A DNA stretch of 61,431 bases, filler included, from Pirum gemmata (taxonomy: Eukaryota): assembly GCA_002812295.1 (NCBI GenBank). It is 12 parts of 12 records of this genome, joined end to end, with 100 filler letters (N's around TTAATTAATTAA, not from the genome) between each part and the next. Parts side by side here need not be neighbours in the genome. Positions count along the whole stretch, not along the records: positions 9,843 to 15,269 come from PDIN01000883.1; positions 15,370 to 20,048 come from PDIN01000884.1; positions 20,149 to 24,900 come from PDIN01000885.1; positions 25,001 to 29,788 come from PDIN01000886.1; 8 more parts are not named here. The stretch is one strand, 5' to 3'. The notes under the pieces were generated by a model that was given only the letters and a program-made list of their open reading frames with translations, was not told the DNA's origin and searched no databases. Positions 13,049 through 25,429 of the stretch are shown piece by piece; within the stretch, counting starts at the first letter, position 1, and each line of letters begins with the position of its first letter. The position numbers and the translations under genes were made by a program.

Positions 13049-13450
13049 TTATCTTTTCGAAATTTTGGTGGGTAGTGGGTGGGATGGAGAGTATTGCTGT
13101 TAGGTGTTGATTTAAAATCAATTAAAACAATTAAGTTTAAAACTTGCACAAAATGAAAATAAAAACTAAAACGTAAAAACTGAAAAAGTCAAGCAAAATG
13201 TCTTTATTACTGATATTAAAGATTTCATATATTGGTTTTGCCAAAATTTGATTTAATTTTAACATTCATTTTAAAAGCAAACTTAAATTAACTGGAAAAA
13301 CACATACTAGGCTTCTCCAACTAACTTCATGCCCACATAACCATATACCAATTCTCATTTAGCAATAGTAACGATTATTTCAACAACAATTATCATTTTT
13401 TCAATCATATTACATCATATCACTTTTTTTCTAAAAAAAAAATAGGAATT

Positions 13451-15249
13451 TTAAAACTTGGGACTCATTTCTTGCCAGTGCCAACCTAAACAATCTACAT
13501 GGCGAACATGTGGTCCATCCACCAACGCAGTGCTCCAGCAAAACGTTGGTAAATCGTCGTGAGTAGGGCCAGCTCGGGCGTATTGCTTCGACGCTTTTAA
13601 AGACTTGTAAGAAGCCATTTTACCATCTATACCACCATATGAACGAGGTTTTGGGAAGGAAAGATCTAATCTAGAGGAAATACCTGTTTGAAATTTAAAG
13701 CCAGAGTCAAGTATAATTAATGTTAAGTCATATGTCATTTTTTTAGTGTAGAGTTAAGGTTGGTGTTTAGTCAATTTTTGTTAAGGTGCGGTTAAGGTTG
13801 GGGTAAATAGAGTCGCGCGCTATTATTATTAAGTGAAAAGGTTTAGAAAAAAGGTAAAAGTAGGTAAGGTAAGAACGGAGATAAGTAAAAGGTGGTAGGG
13901 ACAACCTATCGCTGGATCGGTCCAATTAATCTGGTCCGAATATTGTCCAGTAGGGGTAAAATTATTATTCCAGCCTATAACCTAATGTATATTAGAATTT
14001 AAACAGCAAGAAAAATGGAAAAAAAGTATCAGTCCCAAAAATTGGTTGGTGATTTTAGATATTTATACTTTCAGGTTTACTGTTTATCCATTTTTTTGGT
14101 TAAAATTTGCAATAAAAAACGAGGGGAAAAAGAAAATAAAGGAAAGAAAAAAAAACATATACTAGTTTGCTGTAATATGACAGGATCAGCTAAAAATAAC
14201 AAATACCAAAAAACAATAGTATTATCAAAAACATTGATAAAAACCAAAACAAGGACCAGATTTAAAAATAAACAATTACTATAACCTGCTGCATAGTTTT
14301 GATATCAACCACTTTGTCCTGAATAGCAGCAAACAGTATTGCTCTTTCGCAATTTTCATGAGAATATGTGTATGGAAATGAAGACTTCTTGGCCATTTCA
14401 GGGTACCCAGAAGCATTATAGATACTTGGATAAAATGGAATATTGTACGAAGGGAAATAAGAGTTATCCACAAGTAACTGGGTTTGGTCTTCGTATACAC
14501 ATTGGCCTATGTGGGAGTTAGGGTTGGGTTAGCGTTAGAGGTTAGCGTTAGAGGTAATAAGTTAGTTAGGCGTTAGGTGTTAGGCGTTAGGCGTTAGGCG
14601 TTAGGCGTTAGGGTAAGGATTAGGATCAGGGTTAGGGTTAGGGTTAGGGTTTAGGGTTAGGCCTAACCCTAACTCGTGGTATTAGTGTCTGGTAAAAAAA
14701 GAAAAATATATGTATCATTTCCACTACAATACAATAGTTTTTAAATAAATATACATATAAATATAAAGAGGAACCTAAAACAAAAGTATAAGAATAATAA
14801 ATATAACATAAAGAGAAGGTAAAATATTAGCTTCTTTTCACAATACAATAACATAAACATAACAAGCTGAACATAACCATACGTGTAGTAGCATAATAAT
14901 TACAAATCACAGCTTGAAACATAACCGACAACCATCATCCCACAAACAGATAAAAATAAAAAGAAAAAAAGTTTTAAAAAGCCAAGAAATTGCTCTAGAA
15001 CATAAAAAAAGCCCTCACTGGGTGGCAATTTATTATTCCATTTATTCAAATCGACAATCATCCACTGATTATTATAAGTACCACTATTATATTTCTCAAA
15101 TATAGTGCTCCAATGTTTACCAGAGTGTGCCAGCATATTAGCCGTCATTACTCTCATCCAGCTCATAACAGATTCCGGAACCAATAGATCATACAATTTT
15201 TCATTATATATTGAATTACTGGTTTCCATGACAGATAAATCACCAAAAC
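13451..15249 (-). CDS. Phospholipase B-like (PLBD, Ntn-hydrolase), C-terminal half; exons 15249-14983, 14506-14286, 13981-13906, 13683-13451
   Basis: Motifs VMETSN, SWMRVMTANMLA, YNSGTYNNQWMIVD, YFPSYNIPF, ISSRLDL, GGIDGK, GPTHDDLPTFCW. All exon phases are consistent. Confidence 0.92.
14517..14672. repeat. Intronic interstitial telomeric tract with variant units (TTAGGG, TTAGCG, TTAGAG, TTAGGC)
   Basis: Read directly; ends in a short inverted CCTAACCCTAAC. Confidence 0.85.
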
Positions 15250-15438
15250 CTAATAATAATAATAATAATNNNNNNNNNNNNNNNNNNNNNNNNNNNNNNN
15301 NNNNNNNNNNNNNTTAATTAATTAANNNNNNNNNNNNNNNNNNNNNNNNNNNNNNNNNNNNNNNNNNNNTATTATTATTACTGTTTTGTTGAGTTCAATT
15401 ATATTCATAATTTTACATGTTTAAACTATTTTTATCAG

Positions 15439-18400
15439 GCTGAACGTATCCCCAAAACAAAGAAAATCCTCTACCCCGATTAGTAAGCCCATTACTGGAT
15501 CAAAATTAAATGTTTCCCACTTACAGTTTTCGTCTAAAGATAGTAAGTTAAAAGTGGTTTTTATTTGTTGAAATTCAATAGATTTAGATTTTAAAGTTTT
15601 ATTTATATATAGCAATTACAATGGCGATAACCATAACCATAACCATAACCATAACCATAACCATAACCATAACCATAACCATAACCATAACCATAACCAT
15701 AACCATAACCATAATCATAACCATAATAATAATAATAATAATAATAATAAAGAAATACATTTGTTATATCGATTTTTTGTATTAAGTTATTGCTGTTTAT
15801 TTTAATAGATGAATACGTGAAAATAACATCACCAGTGAAGATAAGCAGCTCCCTTACTGAACATCAGAAAGAATCCGATTTTGGTATTGTTTTGTTGTTT
15901 TGTTNAACCATAACCATAACCATAACCATAACCATAACCATAACCATAACCATAACCATAATCATAACCATAATAATAATAATAATAATAATAATAAAGA
16001 AATACATTTGTTATATCGATTTTTTGTATTAAGTTATTGCTGTTTATTTTAATAGATGAATACGTGAAAATAACATCACCAGTGAAGATAAGCAGCTCCC
16101 TTACTGAACATCAGAAAGAATCCGATTTTGGTATTGTTTTGTTGTTTTGTTGTTTTATTGTTTTATTGTTTTATTGTTTTATTGTTTTATTGTTTTATTG
16201 TTTTATTGTTTTATTGTTTTATTGTTTTGTTGTTTTGTTGTTTTGTTGTTTTGTTGTTTTGGTGTTTTGGTGTTTTGTTGTTTTGGTGTTTTGTTGTTTT
16301 GTTGTTTTGGTGTTTTGTTGTTTTGTTGTTTTGTTGTTTTGTTATGATTGTTTTATTATTTTCTTATTTTGTGACTTTATTGCTTTATTTGTACACCATT
16401 TCTTTTACTTCTTTAAATATACTTACTTTCAATATTATCACATACGAACACGTACATGTATGCGTAATTAATACAGAACACAGACTTCGGGCTAGAGAAA
16501 TATCTTCTTACATAGAAAATTATGATCCCAAATCTATGGATGGTTTCCAATTTAATGCAAACCAAAAGCGAAAGGGTACAGAAATAGAAAATGCCCAAAG
16601 AGAACAGAAGCAAAAAGAGCAAGAGCAAGGTGAGGAAAATCCCAAAGAATTTGATCAAGAATTATTGCAACTACAAAAACAGCAAGAACGACTACGACTC
16701 GAGCAAGAGCGATTACAAGTAGAACAACAACGTTTGGAAAAGAGACGGCATGAACAAAACAGACTGGAAAGAGAAAACCAAGAAAAAGAAAGTCTGGGAA
16801 AAGAAATATTATTAGAAAAAGAAAAACTAGAAAATGAAAAATTAGAGGAAAAAGAAAAACTAGAGGAAAAAGAAAAACTAAAGGAAGAAGAAAAACTAGA
16901 GAAAAAAGAAAAATTAGAGGAAAAAGAAAAACTAGAGGAAAAAGAAAAACTAGAGGAAAAAGAAAAACTAGAGGAAAAAGAAAAACTAGAGGAAAAAGAA
17001 AAACTAGAGGAAAAAGAAAAACTAGAGGAAAAAGAAAAACTAGAGGAAAAAGAAAAACTAGAGGAAAAAGAAAAACTAGAGGAAGAAGAAAAACTAGAGG
17101 AAGAAGAAAAACTAGAGGAAAAAGAAAAACTAGAGGAAAAAGAAAAACTAGAGGAAAAAGAAAAACTAGAAAAAGAAAAACTAGAGGAAAATGAAAACCT
17201 AGAAAAGGAAAACCTAGAAAAAGAAAAGCTGGAGGAAAAAGAAAAACTAGAAAAAGAAAAGCTGGAAAAAGAAAAACTAGAAAAAGAAAGGCTAGAAAAA
17301 GAAGAAAAAGAAAATATAATAAAAAAAGAAAGACTAGAAAAAGAAGAAAAAGAAAGACTAGAAAAAGAAGAAAAAGAAAGACTAGAAAAAGAAGAAAAAG
17401 ACAGACTAAAAAAAGAAGAAAAAGAAAGACTAGAAAAAGAAGAAAAAGAAAGACTAGAAAAAGAAGAAAAAGAAAGACGACTAGAAAAAGAAAGAATTGA
17501 ACAAGAACGGTTGGAGAAAGAAAGAATTGAACAAGAACGATTAACGAAAGAAAGAATCGAACAAGAACGTTTAGAGAAAGAAAGAATCGAACAAGAACGT
17601 TTAGAGAAAGAAAGAATGGAACAAGAACGACTAGAGAAAGAAGAAAGAATAAAACGGCTAGAAATAGAAAGGCTTGAACAAGAACGGTTAGAGAAAGAAA
17701 GACAACTTGAACAAGAACGGTTATTGAAAGAACAAGAACGGTTAGAGAAAGAAAGACGACTTGAACAAGAAAGACTTGAACAAGAAAGACTTGAACAAGC
17801 AAGACTTGAACAAGAAAGACTTGAACAAGAAAGACTTGAACAAGAAAAGCTTGTGCAAGAAAGACTTGTGCAAGAACGGTTAGATAAGGAAAGATTGGAA
17901 CGTGAACGGTTAGAAAGACTTGAGCAAGAACGTTTGGACAAAGAAAATCTTAAACAAGAACGGTTAGAGAAAGAAAGACTTGAGCAAGAAAGACTTGGAC
18001 AAGAAAGACTTGAGCAAGAAAGACTTGAACAAGAAATATTTGTTCAAGGACGATTAGAGAAAGAAAGACTTGTGCAAGAACGATTAGAGAAAGAAAGACT
18101 TGTGGAAGAACGATTAGAGAAAGAAAGACTTGAACAAGAAAGACTTGAACAAGAAAGATTTGAACAAGAAAAACTTGAACAAGAAAGACTTGAACAAGAA
18201 AGACTTGAACAAGAAAAACTTGAGCAAGAAAGACTTGAGCAAGAAAGACTTGAACAAGAAAGACTTGAACAAGAAAGACTTGAACAAGAAAGACTTAAAC
18301 AAGAAAGACTTGAGCAAGAACGGTTAGAGACGGAAAGGCTTACACGTGAACGGCTACAAAGACTTGAACAAGAACGGTTAAACAAGGAAAGGCTTGAACA

Positions 18401-19208
18401 AGAACGGTTAGAGAAAGAAAGACTTGAGCAAGAAAGACTTGAACAAGAAAGACTTGAGCAAGAACTATTGGAGGTTGAAAGGCTTGAGCGCGAAATGTTA
18501 GAAAGACTTAAGCAAAAACGTTTGGACAAAGAAAGACTTGAACAAGAACAGTTAGAGAAAGAAGGACTTGAACAAGAACAGTTAGAGAAAGAAAAACTTG
18601 AGCAAGAACGATTAGAGAAAAAAGAAAGACTTGCGCAAGAACGATTAGAGAAAGAAAGACTTTTGCAAGAACGATTTGAACAAGTAAGACTTGAGCAAGA
18701 ACGGCTGGAGAAAGGAAGGCACGAGCAAAAACTACAAGAGAAAGAAAAACTTGAGCAAGAAAAACTTGAACAAGAAAAACTTGTGCAAGAAAAACTTGTG
18801 CAAGAACAATTGGAGAAAGAAAGGCTTGAACAAGAGCGATTGGAGAAAGAAAGACAAAACATATCAGAAAAAGAAAGGCTAGGAAAGGAAAAGTTTGAGA
18901 AAGAAAAAATAGAAAAAGAAAAAGATTGTCTAGAAAAGGAAAGCCTCGGGAAGGATATGTCGACGGAAGAACGGTTAAAACAAGAACAACGGATGCAGCA
19001 GGACCAAGAAGCCCAAGAGAAGGGTATCCTAACAAAATCGGAAATCAGTGAAATTAAAGAATTAAATAACAAAATAGAAGAATTTAATGATGTAAATGAA
19101 GATCCTTTGGCGTTTATTAAAATTGATGATGAGTTAAGTATAAGCGTAAAACCTTCTTCTCGAAGAAGCTCTTTATCTTCGTCACTTTCGTCATCCCCAC
19201 CTTCTTCT

Positions 19209-19239
<31 letters not shown>

Positions 19240-19868
19240 TAACAGCAACAGTAACAGTAACGACAACATCAAACATGGCAGCCGAAAAGGAAACAGACAC
19301 CAAACTGGCGACTTTAACTAGCACTGCTACTACCGATGTACCTTTGTCATCTCCTTTATCACTGCCAAAATTATTACCATCGCTTAATTCTGAAATACAT
19401 CCATTGACATCAAATAAATTGTCGGAGCCGAATTCTATATCGAGTGCTGTATCTACTAACTTAGCACCAATACTCGAAAAATGTATGGCTCAGTCACCAG
19501 TAGTTTTATCAGGAGACACACCTACTGACACACCAACAGCCCAATTATTAGAATCAGTATTAGTAATTCCAAACCAGTCTACGTTAATATCTAAATCAAC
19601 AACTCCACAATCAACTCCACAATCAACCCCAAAAGCATCCTCCACTTCGACCATAACAGAAAATACCAAGAAAACAACTACGACAACATCTACCCAAACC
19701 GCGACTCGGAAATACGACAATAGTCTTATCTCTAATACTACTCCTACAACTACAAAACCCACTATTGTGCCAACAGGAGCTGAAACTCCCAAATCAAGCT
19801 TGAGATCTACTTCAACGAAAAAATCTTCAATTCATAATAGGCAGAAAACTCCAGCAAAGCTAAAACTG
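15439..19868 (+). CDS. Large E/K/R/Q coiled-coil repeat protein with a Ser/Thr-rich tail, partial; exons ~15439-15542, 15809-15883 (duplicated at 16056-16130), 16477-19868
   Basis: Long ORF with [14 protein letters not shown] and EQERL tandem repeats. Phase-1 GT-AG junctions join the exons. The hydrophobic ORF start at 16128-16476 is an intronic (TTGTT)n tract. Confidence 0.8.
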
Positions 19869-20148
19869 GTAAAAGTACCCTAATTTTAACACTGAATCCT
19901 GATTTTAACCTTTTGCCAATATTTTTCTCTCAATTCCAATACCTATTCTTGCTTCTAAGTTCTCACTTTTAATGTTGACTTGTGAACTGAACTATACCTT
20001 TAACTATAACTAACTATAACTATAACTATAACTATAACTATAACTATANNNNNNNNNNNNNNNNNNNNNNNNNNNNNNNNNNNNNNNNNNNNTTAATTAA
20101 TTAANNNNNNNNNNNNNNNNNNNNNNNNNNNNNNNNNNNNNNNNNNNN

Positions 20149-20179
<31 letters not shown>

Positions 20180-20395
20180 AACAGATTAGACTAATCATGA
20201 TAGATCATTTTATAAAAATGTTATAAATAAATTTTGAAACTCGTCAAGCAGTTCGTCAAACATTCGTCAAAGTCTCGTCAACACGGTGACAACTTACAAG
20301 CTGACAAAGATATATTACAAAATAGACAAAATAGACAAAATTAGAGCACCACTATTTTTTTTTTAAAATAAAAAGTAAAATTAGAGTAAAATTAG

Positions 20396-20628
20396 AGGAG
20401 GGATGAGATGACGTCATCTTACCAATTGGATGCTCGGACCGGCGAACTTCCAGAAATTTNNNNNNNNNNNNNNNNNNNNNNNNNNNNNNNNNNNNNNNNN
20501 NNNNNNNNNNNNNNNNNGTTACTAAATAAATAATTACAAATACTAAATATGGTAAGGCGAAACAGGCGAACAACATTTACTTTGTGCCTCGGTCAAAAAA
20601 GTTCGCCATAAGAGTTCTCACCCCTCCT
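20396..20628. mobile_element. MITE family F, second copy (internal N gap)
   Basis: Near-identical to 8826-9060 where sequence is resolved. Confidence 0.8.
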
Positions 20629-20860
20629 AAAATTAGTCACAAAACACTCACAAAATGACGCGATTCATCACTCATGGGAAGAAAAAAGAAAAAGAAAAGA
20701 AAAAGAAATGTACTCATTGGTACAAGCAAAAAAGAAAGCACTAGTTGACCCTAAGTTGGGTTAAGTTGGGGAACTTGGGCCTGCTACAAACCTAGCTGGT
20801 GCTACAAACTACTATGATATTGATATGATTAGGATATTGATAGCTATCGCGAGCTAGATA

Positions 20861-21092
20861 GGGAGCGTTCAATAATTACGTAACGCTGGGGATAGGGCAT
20901 TTAATTATAGTAGGTGGGACAGTGGGTGGGGGGGGGGGAGGTATCCATTAGACTTCAAAAAAAAATTTTGAAGTCCTTGGTACTATTTTTTCCAAATCAT
21001 TACGTCATAAGGGGGGATAGTCCTTCTCATACGTGACAGGGCGTTATACGGGGTTGCCCCAAATTGGCGTTACGTAATTATTGAACGCTCCC
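20861..21092. mobile_element. PIF/Harbinger-like MITE with 3-bp TSD
   Basis: Perfect long TIR GGGAGCGTTCAATAATTACGTAACGC/GCGTTACGTAATTATTGAACGCTCCC, with ATA on both sides. Confidence 0.85.
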
Positions 21093-22832
21093 ATAGCGGG
21101 CTCTTTAGCTAGCCAGCTCTCTCTAGGGAGTCTTCAAGTCGAGACCCCTACTCTAGCTAGTCTAGTATGATTAGGATGATATATCATATCGATACTTTTT
21201 AATATTAATTAATACTCATGTACAGTAATAAAAAAGTCATTTTGAGTTTATTATTTTAGAAAAGAAAAAGGAAACTATTGTAAAAAACTTTCAAAAGCAG
21301 CAACTAAATACTCAACATAATGAATGATCTAGCTAGTATAATAATAACATAGTTTTAAAAGTTTAAGTAATTTGAGTTTATGATATTTTATGATATCCGA
21401 TATACAACAACTAAGACGACTGTGGTTTGAAATTCTCAATTCCGAGAATAAAGTGATGATCACCTGAGTTAGCACCTGATCACGATAATACTAACAAGGA
21501 GTTCAAAACTCCCTGATACTAATCATAATACTTTTTATATAATACTATATATTAATATAATAATTTATAATTTTTTTCATTACAGCAATTGAAAGTTGTA
21601 CAAAATCAGCTACATATTTTTAAATTATAACATTTTAATATTATTAATAATGACTTTTTATTTTCACTTTATTTTCAATCAAAAAAAAAACACTTATATA
21701 TTCATGATCATATATACATAGCAGAAGTATAGCAGATATTATATTATGATGACTAAAATTTTAATTTTGTTCTTTTGTTATTATCGATATCATACATATA
21801 TCATATACTTTATGTATAGATAGATCACTTCATGTATCATTGTTATTATTATTTTATCAGTGATATTATTTTATGATATCATAATAAAAACATATTTTTA
21901 TAAAGGGGCAGGGCAAAGAACTAAGAGCGCCTCGGTCGTTGAGAAGGGTGTCGGGCCTGTCGGCTTCTTCGGCCCAAAGTTTTTTTAAAAAAAGCTCTGA
22001 TACTACTAGCTATCATAGTTAGACTATGGTAATTAGTATCATAGTGTAATTAGTGTTGTAACAAACTATCGATAGCCAGACTCCATCATCAATAGTGTTG
22101 TTGTATTAATAGTGTTGTTGTATCCTGGTTGTATCATAATATTATCATATCATCGATAGTGTAGTTGCTGTATTTTTTCTTCTTTTTTCTTTTCATTGAT
22201 ATTATTATTTTTTTAAAAAATTAAACTTTTATTCTATTATTTATTTATTTTACAAAATTTAGAAATATTATTCTCAAAAAGTACTAAATTTAGTATATAA
22301 TTTACTATATTAAAATTTGAGGAAAAAAATGCTAAAATTCGGAATTGACCTGAAAATCGGAATTAATTCGTAAATTTAAATATCATATCATACTAAAAAA
22401 AAATTTGACCCCTGAAAATCGGAATTTTCGGGACCCTCCTAGAATTGAAAATAATTCTGAATGTGGTTGTTGGTTTTGTTGGTTTTATGTTCCTGACGAG
22501 GTTCGAGATTTTGGCCTGGTAAGCTAAACCCAAAAAAAAAAAAAAAAAGGTATATAAAGTCTGGTTGTGTGAAAAATAACAAAAAAGAAACGAAAAACAA
22601 AAAATAAAATTAATGGATAGAACTATTTTTTTTTAATATCATAGATAATTTTTACTTATTTACATTTATTATATATATATAATTTAAGCTTTATTTAATT
22701 TATTATGTTTACATTCTTTTTTTTTAGTTATTATTTTATCCCTTTCATTTTCATATAATCATACAATCAAATCAATTAAAAAAAGAAAAAGAAAAAGAAA
22801 GAAATATTATTTGTATATACAGGTAATAAGCC

Positions 22833-22864
<32 letters not shown>

Positions 22865-22869
22865 TAAAT

Positions 22870-23493
22870 ATGTGTGATATATTAACTCAATCATCAGAGC
22901 AACCTCTTTTGGTTGAAAGTAGCAATAAACTTTTCAATAACGTAATGCAACCAATCGATATAGAAGTTCACAACTTTTCTGATTTAGAGGATAGTTCTGG
23001 GAATGGGAATGGTAGTAATAGTAGTAGTAATAGTGATGGTAGTAATAGTGATGGTAGTAATAGTGATGGTAGTGATGGCAGTAATAGTAACAGCGATGAA
23101 CAAGATGAAGACATAGAAGAACTGTTTCAATACAATTGTGATATTTCCAACAGAAATGAAAACCCAAACAGAGACCTATTTCCTGACCACCACCGAGTTT
23201 CTTTTTCGGAAGATGTAACCATCTGTGAAACCTATGAAATATATAGTTCATATTTTAGTGAATACGATAGGCGTGGTTTGAAAATTAAAAAAAATTTAAC
23301 TGATGTCGAAAGTAAAGTTATTGAAAGCGAGATTAGTGATTTACGTAAAGAATTATTTCCAAATGGAAATTTTTTTAGTAATACAAATATTGGTGGTGAA
23401 TTTAGCGGAGAAAAAATTATATTAAAACCACGAGCTTCATCTTGTGGACTAATTGATTTCAGCCCAATTTCTAAACGGAAAAGTTCGCAATGA
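22870..23493 (+). CDS. Putative PP1 regulatory protein (Bni4/neurabin/Phactr-type PP1-binding module)
   Basis: 207-aa ORF containing RVSF (RVxF), then ETYE..SEYDRRG..LT...IESEISDLRKE. Confidence 0.65.
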   Translation: MCDILTQSSEQPLLVESSNKLFNNVMQPIDIEVHNFSDLEDSSGNGNGSNSSSNSDGSNSDGSNSDGSDGSNSNSDEQDEDIEELFQYNCDISNRNENPNRDLFPDHHRVSFSEDVTICETYEIYSSYFSEYDRRGLKIKKNLTDVESKVIESEISDLRKELFPNGNFFSNTNIGGEFSGEKIILKPRASSCGLIDFSPISKRKSSQ

Positions 23494-24397
23494 TGGTTAC
23501 ATTTTTCTAAAATAATATAGTGATAATACTGCTTATGATGATGATTATTATTGCGATTATGGTAGTTGTCAGTTATATTTGTGATACTGTTATCTATCGT
23601 AATCATAATAATATAACAACAACAATAATAATAATAATATAACAACAACAACAATAATAATAATAATACCAGATTACACAATAGCAGCTGTCAAAGCATG
23701 AAAGTAAGCAACGTTGCATCAATATAGTATTAATAATAATAATAATAATAATAGTTTCAATAATTATGCCTCTTTCAAAGTAGTAATCAGCGATTACAAT
23801 GGATAGAATTTTATTGCAGCTTACTCATTTTTAAGTAACATAGTCGATGTTTGAATACATCTATTTACTCTTCCTAAATGTAATGTCTTTCATTGCTTTT
23901 ATAAAACTTGAGAACAAAAAATGAATTAAGGAAAATCGTTATTACTGTAAAATGAATTTTAAAAGCAGAAATTTTCCGATTAAAACGTCAGGTTTTGGGC
24001 TGGTATCAACTTGGCGTTTTAACTATTTAAAATAAACTTATTATAAATCTACCAATTTCATTTATTTTGTCCCTCTAAATATTTATTGGGTGGGTTATAC
24101 TCTTTACATTGACATTTTTTTAAATCAATACAAAGATAATAAAATATACCAAAAAACACTGAACAACACAGTACCAGTCCAGTCTGAGTAGGCCCGTAGA
24201 GTTGCGTAGACCCCCCCCTCCCATATAGACAAGTATCATAGCTAGACTACTAGCTAGGTCTAGCTAGAAAGACCTAGCTAGAAAGACTATCAGCCGGATG
24301 TGGGCAGCCAATAATATCTTGTTCATATCATTCAAACTTTTTTTCTTAGTATTTCCAGCCTACCACTAGCTAGCTAGCTAGAGCTACTGGTAGGTAG

Positions 24398-24553
24398 GGG
24401 AGCGTTCAAATAATATGTCACGTCAAGGGTTAGGTAGGTAGGTGGTATTTGACCGGAAATTAACGTCGAGGGGTAGGTAGATAGGGGTATTTGAAGCTGT
24501 ATTTGATTGGAAATTGGCATTACGTAGTATTTGAACACTATTTGAACGCTCCC
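24398..24553. mobile_element. MITE family C (~150 bp, Harbinger-like); further copies ~25878-25990, 26405-26534, 27886-28011, 28582-28721, 29388-29530
   Basis: TIR GGGAGCGTTCAAATA/TATTTGAACGCTCCC; internal GGTAGGTAGG..GTATTTGACCGGAAATT repeats. Confidence 0.85.
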
Positions 24554-24858
24554 TACTAGCTAGCTAGGTAGAATCTATCTAGCTATCTCTCTAGTATCAT
24601 AGTAGCTAGATCATAGATTCATAGTAGCTATCGATACTACTAGTAGCTAGCTAGCTAGCTAGCTAGTATCGATAGCTAGCCTATCAAATACTAGTAGCTA
24701 GCTAGCTAGCTAGCTAGTATCGATAGCTAGTCTATCAAATACTATCATACTAGCTAGATATCATAGTAGTCTAACTATCTACTAGAATCTATGATATTAT
24801 GACTCTATTATCAGCTGTTTTCATCATAAAATAAAAAGTATCAAATTGATACAATATA

Positions 24859-24900
24859 ACCCTAACCCTAACCCTAACCCTAACCCTAACCCTAACCCTA
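24859..24900. repeat. (CCCTAA)n tract truncating a family A MITE at the scaffold end
   Basis: C-rich strand on + at a right end is the wrong polarity for a true telomere, so the tract is interstitial. Confidence 0.85.
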
Positions 24901-25253
24901 NNNNNNNNNNNNNNNNNNNNNNNNNNNNNNNNNNNNNNNNNNNNTTAATTAATTAANNNNNNNNNNNNNNNNNNNNNNNNNNNNNNNNNNNNNNNNNNNN
25001 TTTAAATATTATAACCCTCCAAATAAATATTCAGAGTGAGAAAATAAATAATGAAAGGCACGAAGTCTGGACTCTGGAGTGGTCTATGAGTCTAGTAGCT
25101 AGACTAGTAGGTCTATGAGTGTAGAAACCAGAGTGTAGAACTATGATAATATTATTATGATAATCTATTGTAAATTAGACAAGAGTCCAGCTAGCTATCG
25201 ATAGACTAGCTCTAGTAGTAGTAGCTATGATCAGTGGCTATGACTACGATATA

Positions 25254-25429
25254 TCGTGCTTTTCAATTGTTTTGTCATCATAATAATGAGTACCAAATTA
25301 ATACAATATAAATCCATTTCATTTAATTTGGTATATTTTATTATATATTTATTTATTTAAAAGTATCAATTTAAATATTATAAACATCCAAATAAATATT
25401 CGGAGTAACAAAATTAATGAAAAGCACAA
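25254..25429. mobile_element. MITE family A
   Basis: TA-TCGTGCTTTTCA...TGAAAAGCACAA-TA. Confidence 0.85.

Noticed and set aside
15630..16150. Tandem identical exons (mutually exclusive splicing)
   Set aside because: Identical ~245-bp blocks either side of a single N indicate an unmerged contig overlap.
16128..16476. Hydrophobic N-terminus of the 1251-aa ORF
   Set aside because: Intronic (TTGTT)n tract between a GT at 16131 and an AG at 16475-16476.
16552..19324. Long antisense ORFs (416, 428, 426 aa)
   Set aside because: Shadows of the purine-rich repeat coding strand.
24859..24900. True chromosome end
   Set aside because: Repeat polarity is inverted for a right-hand telomere.
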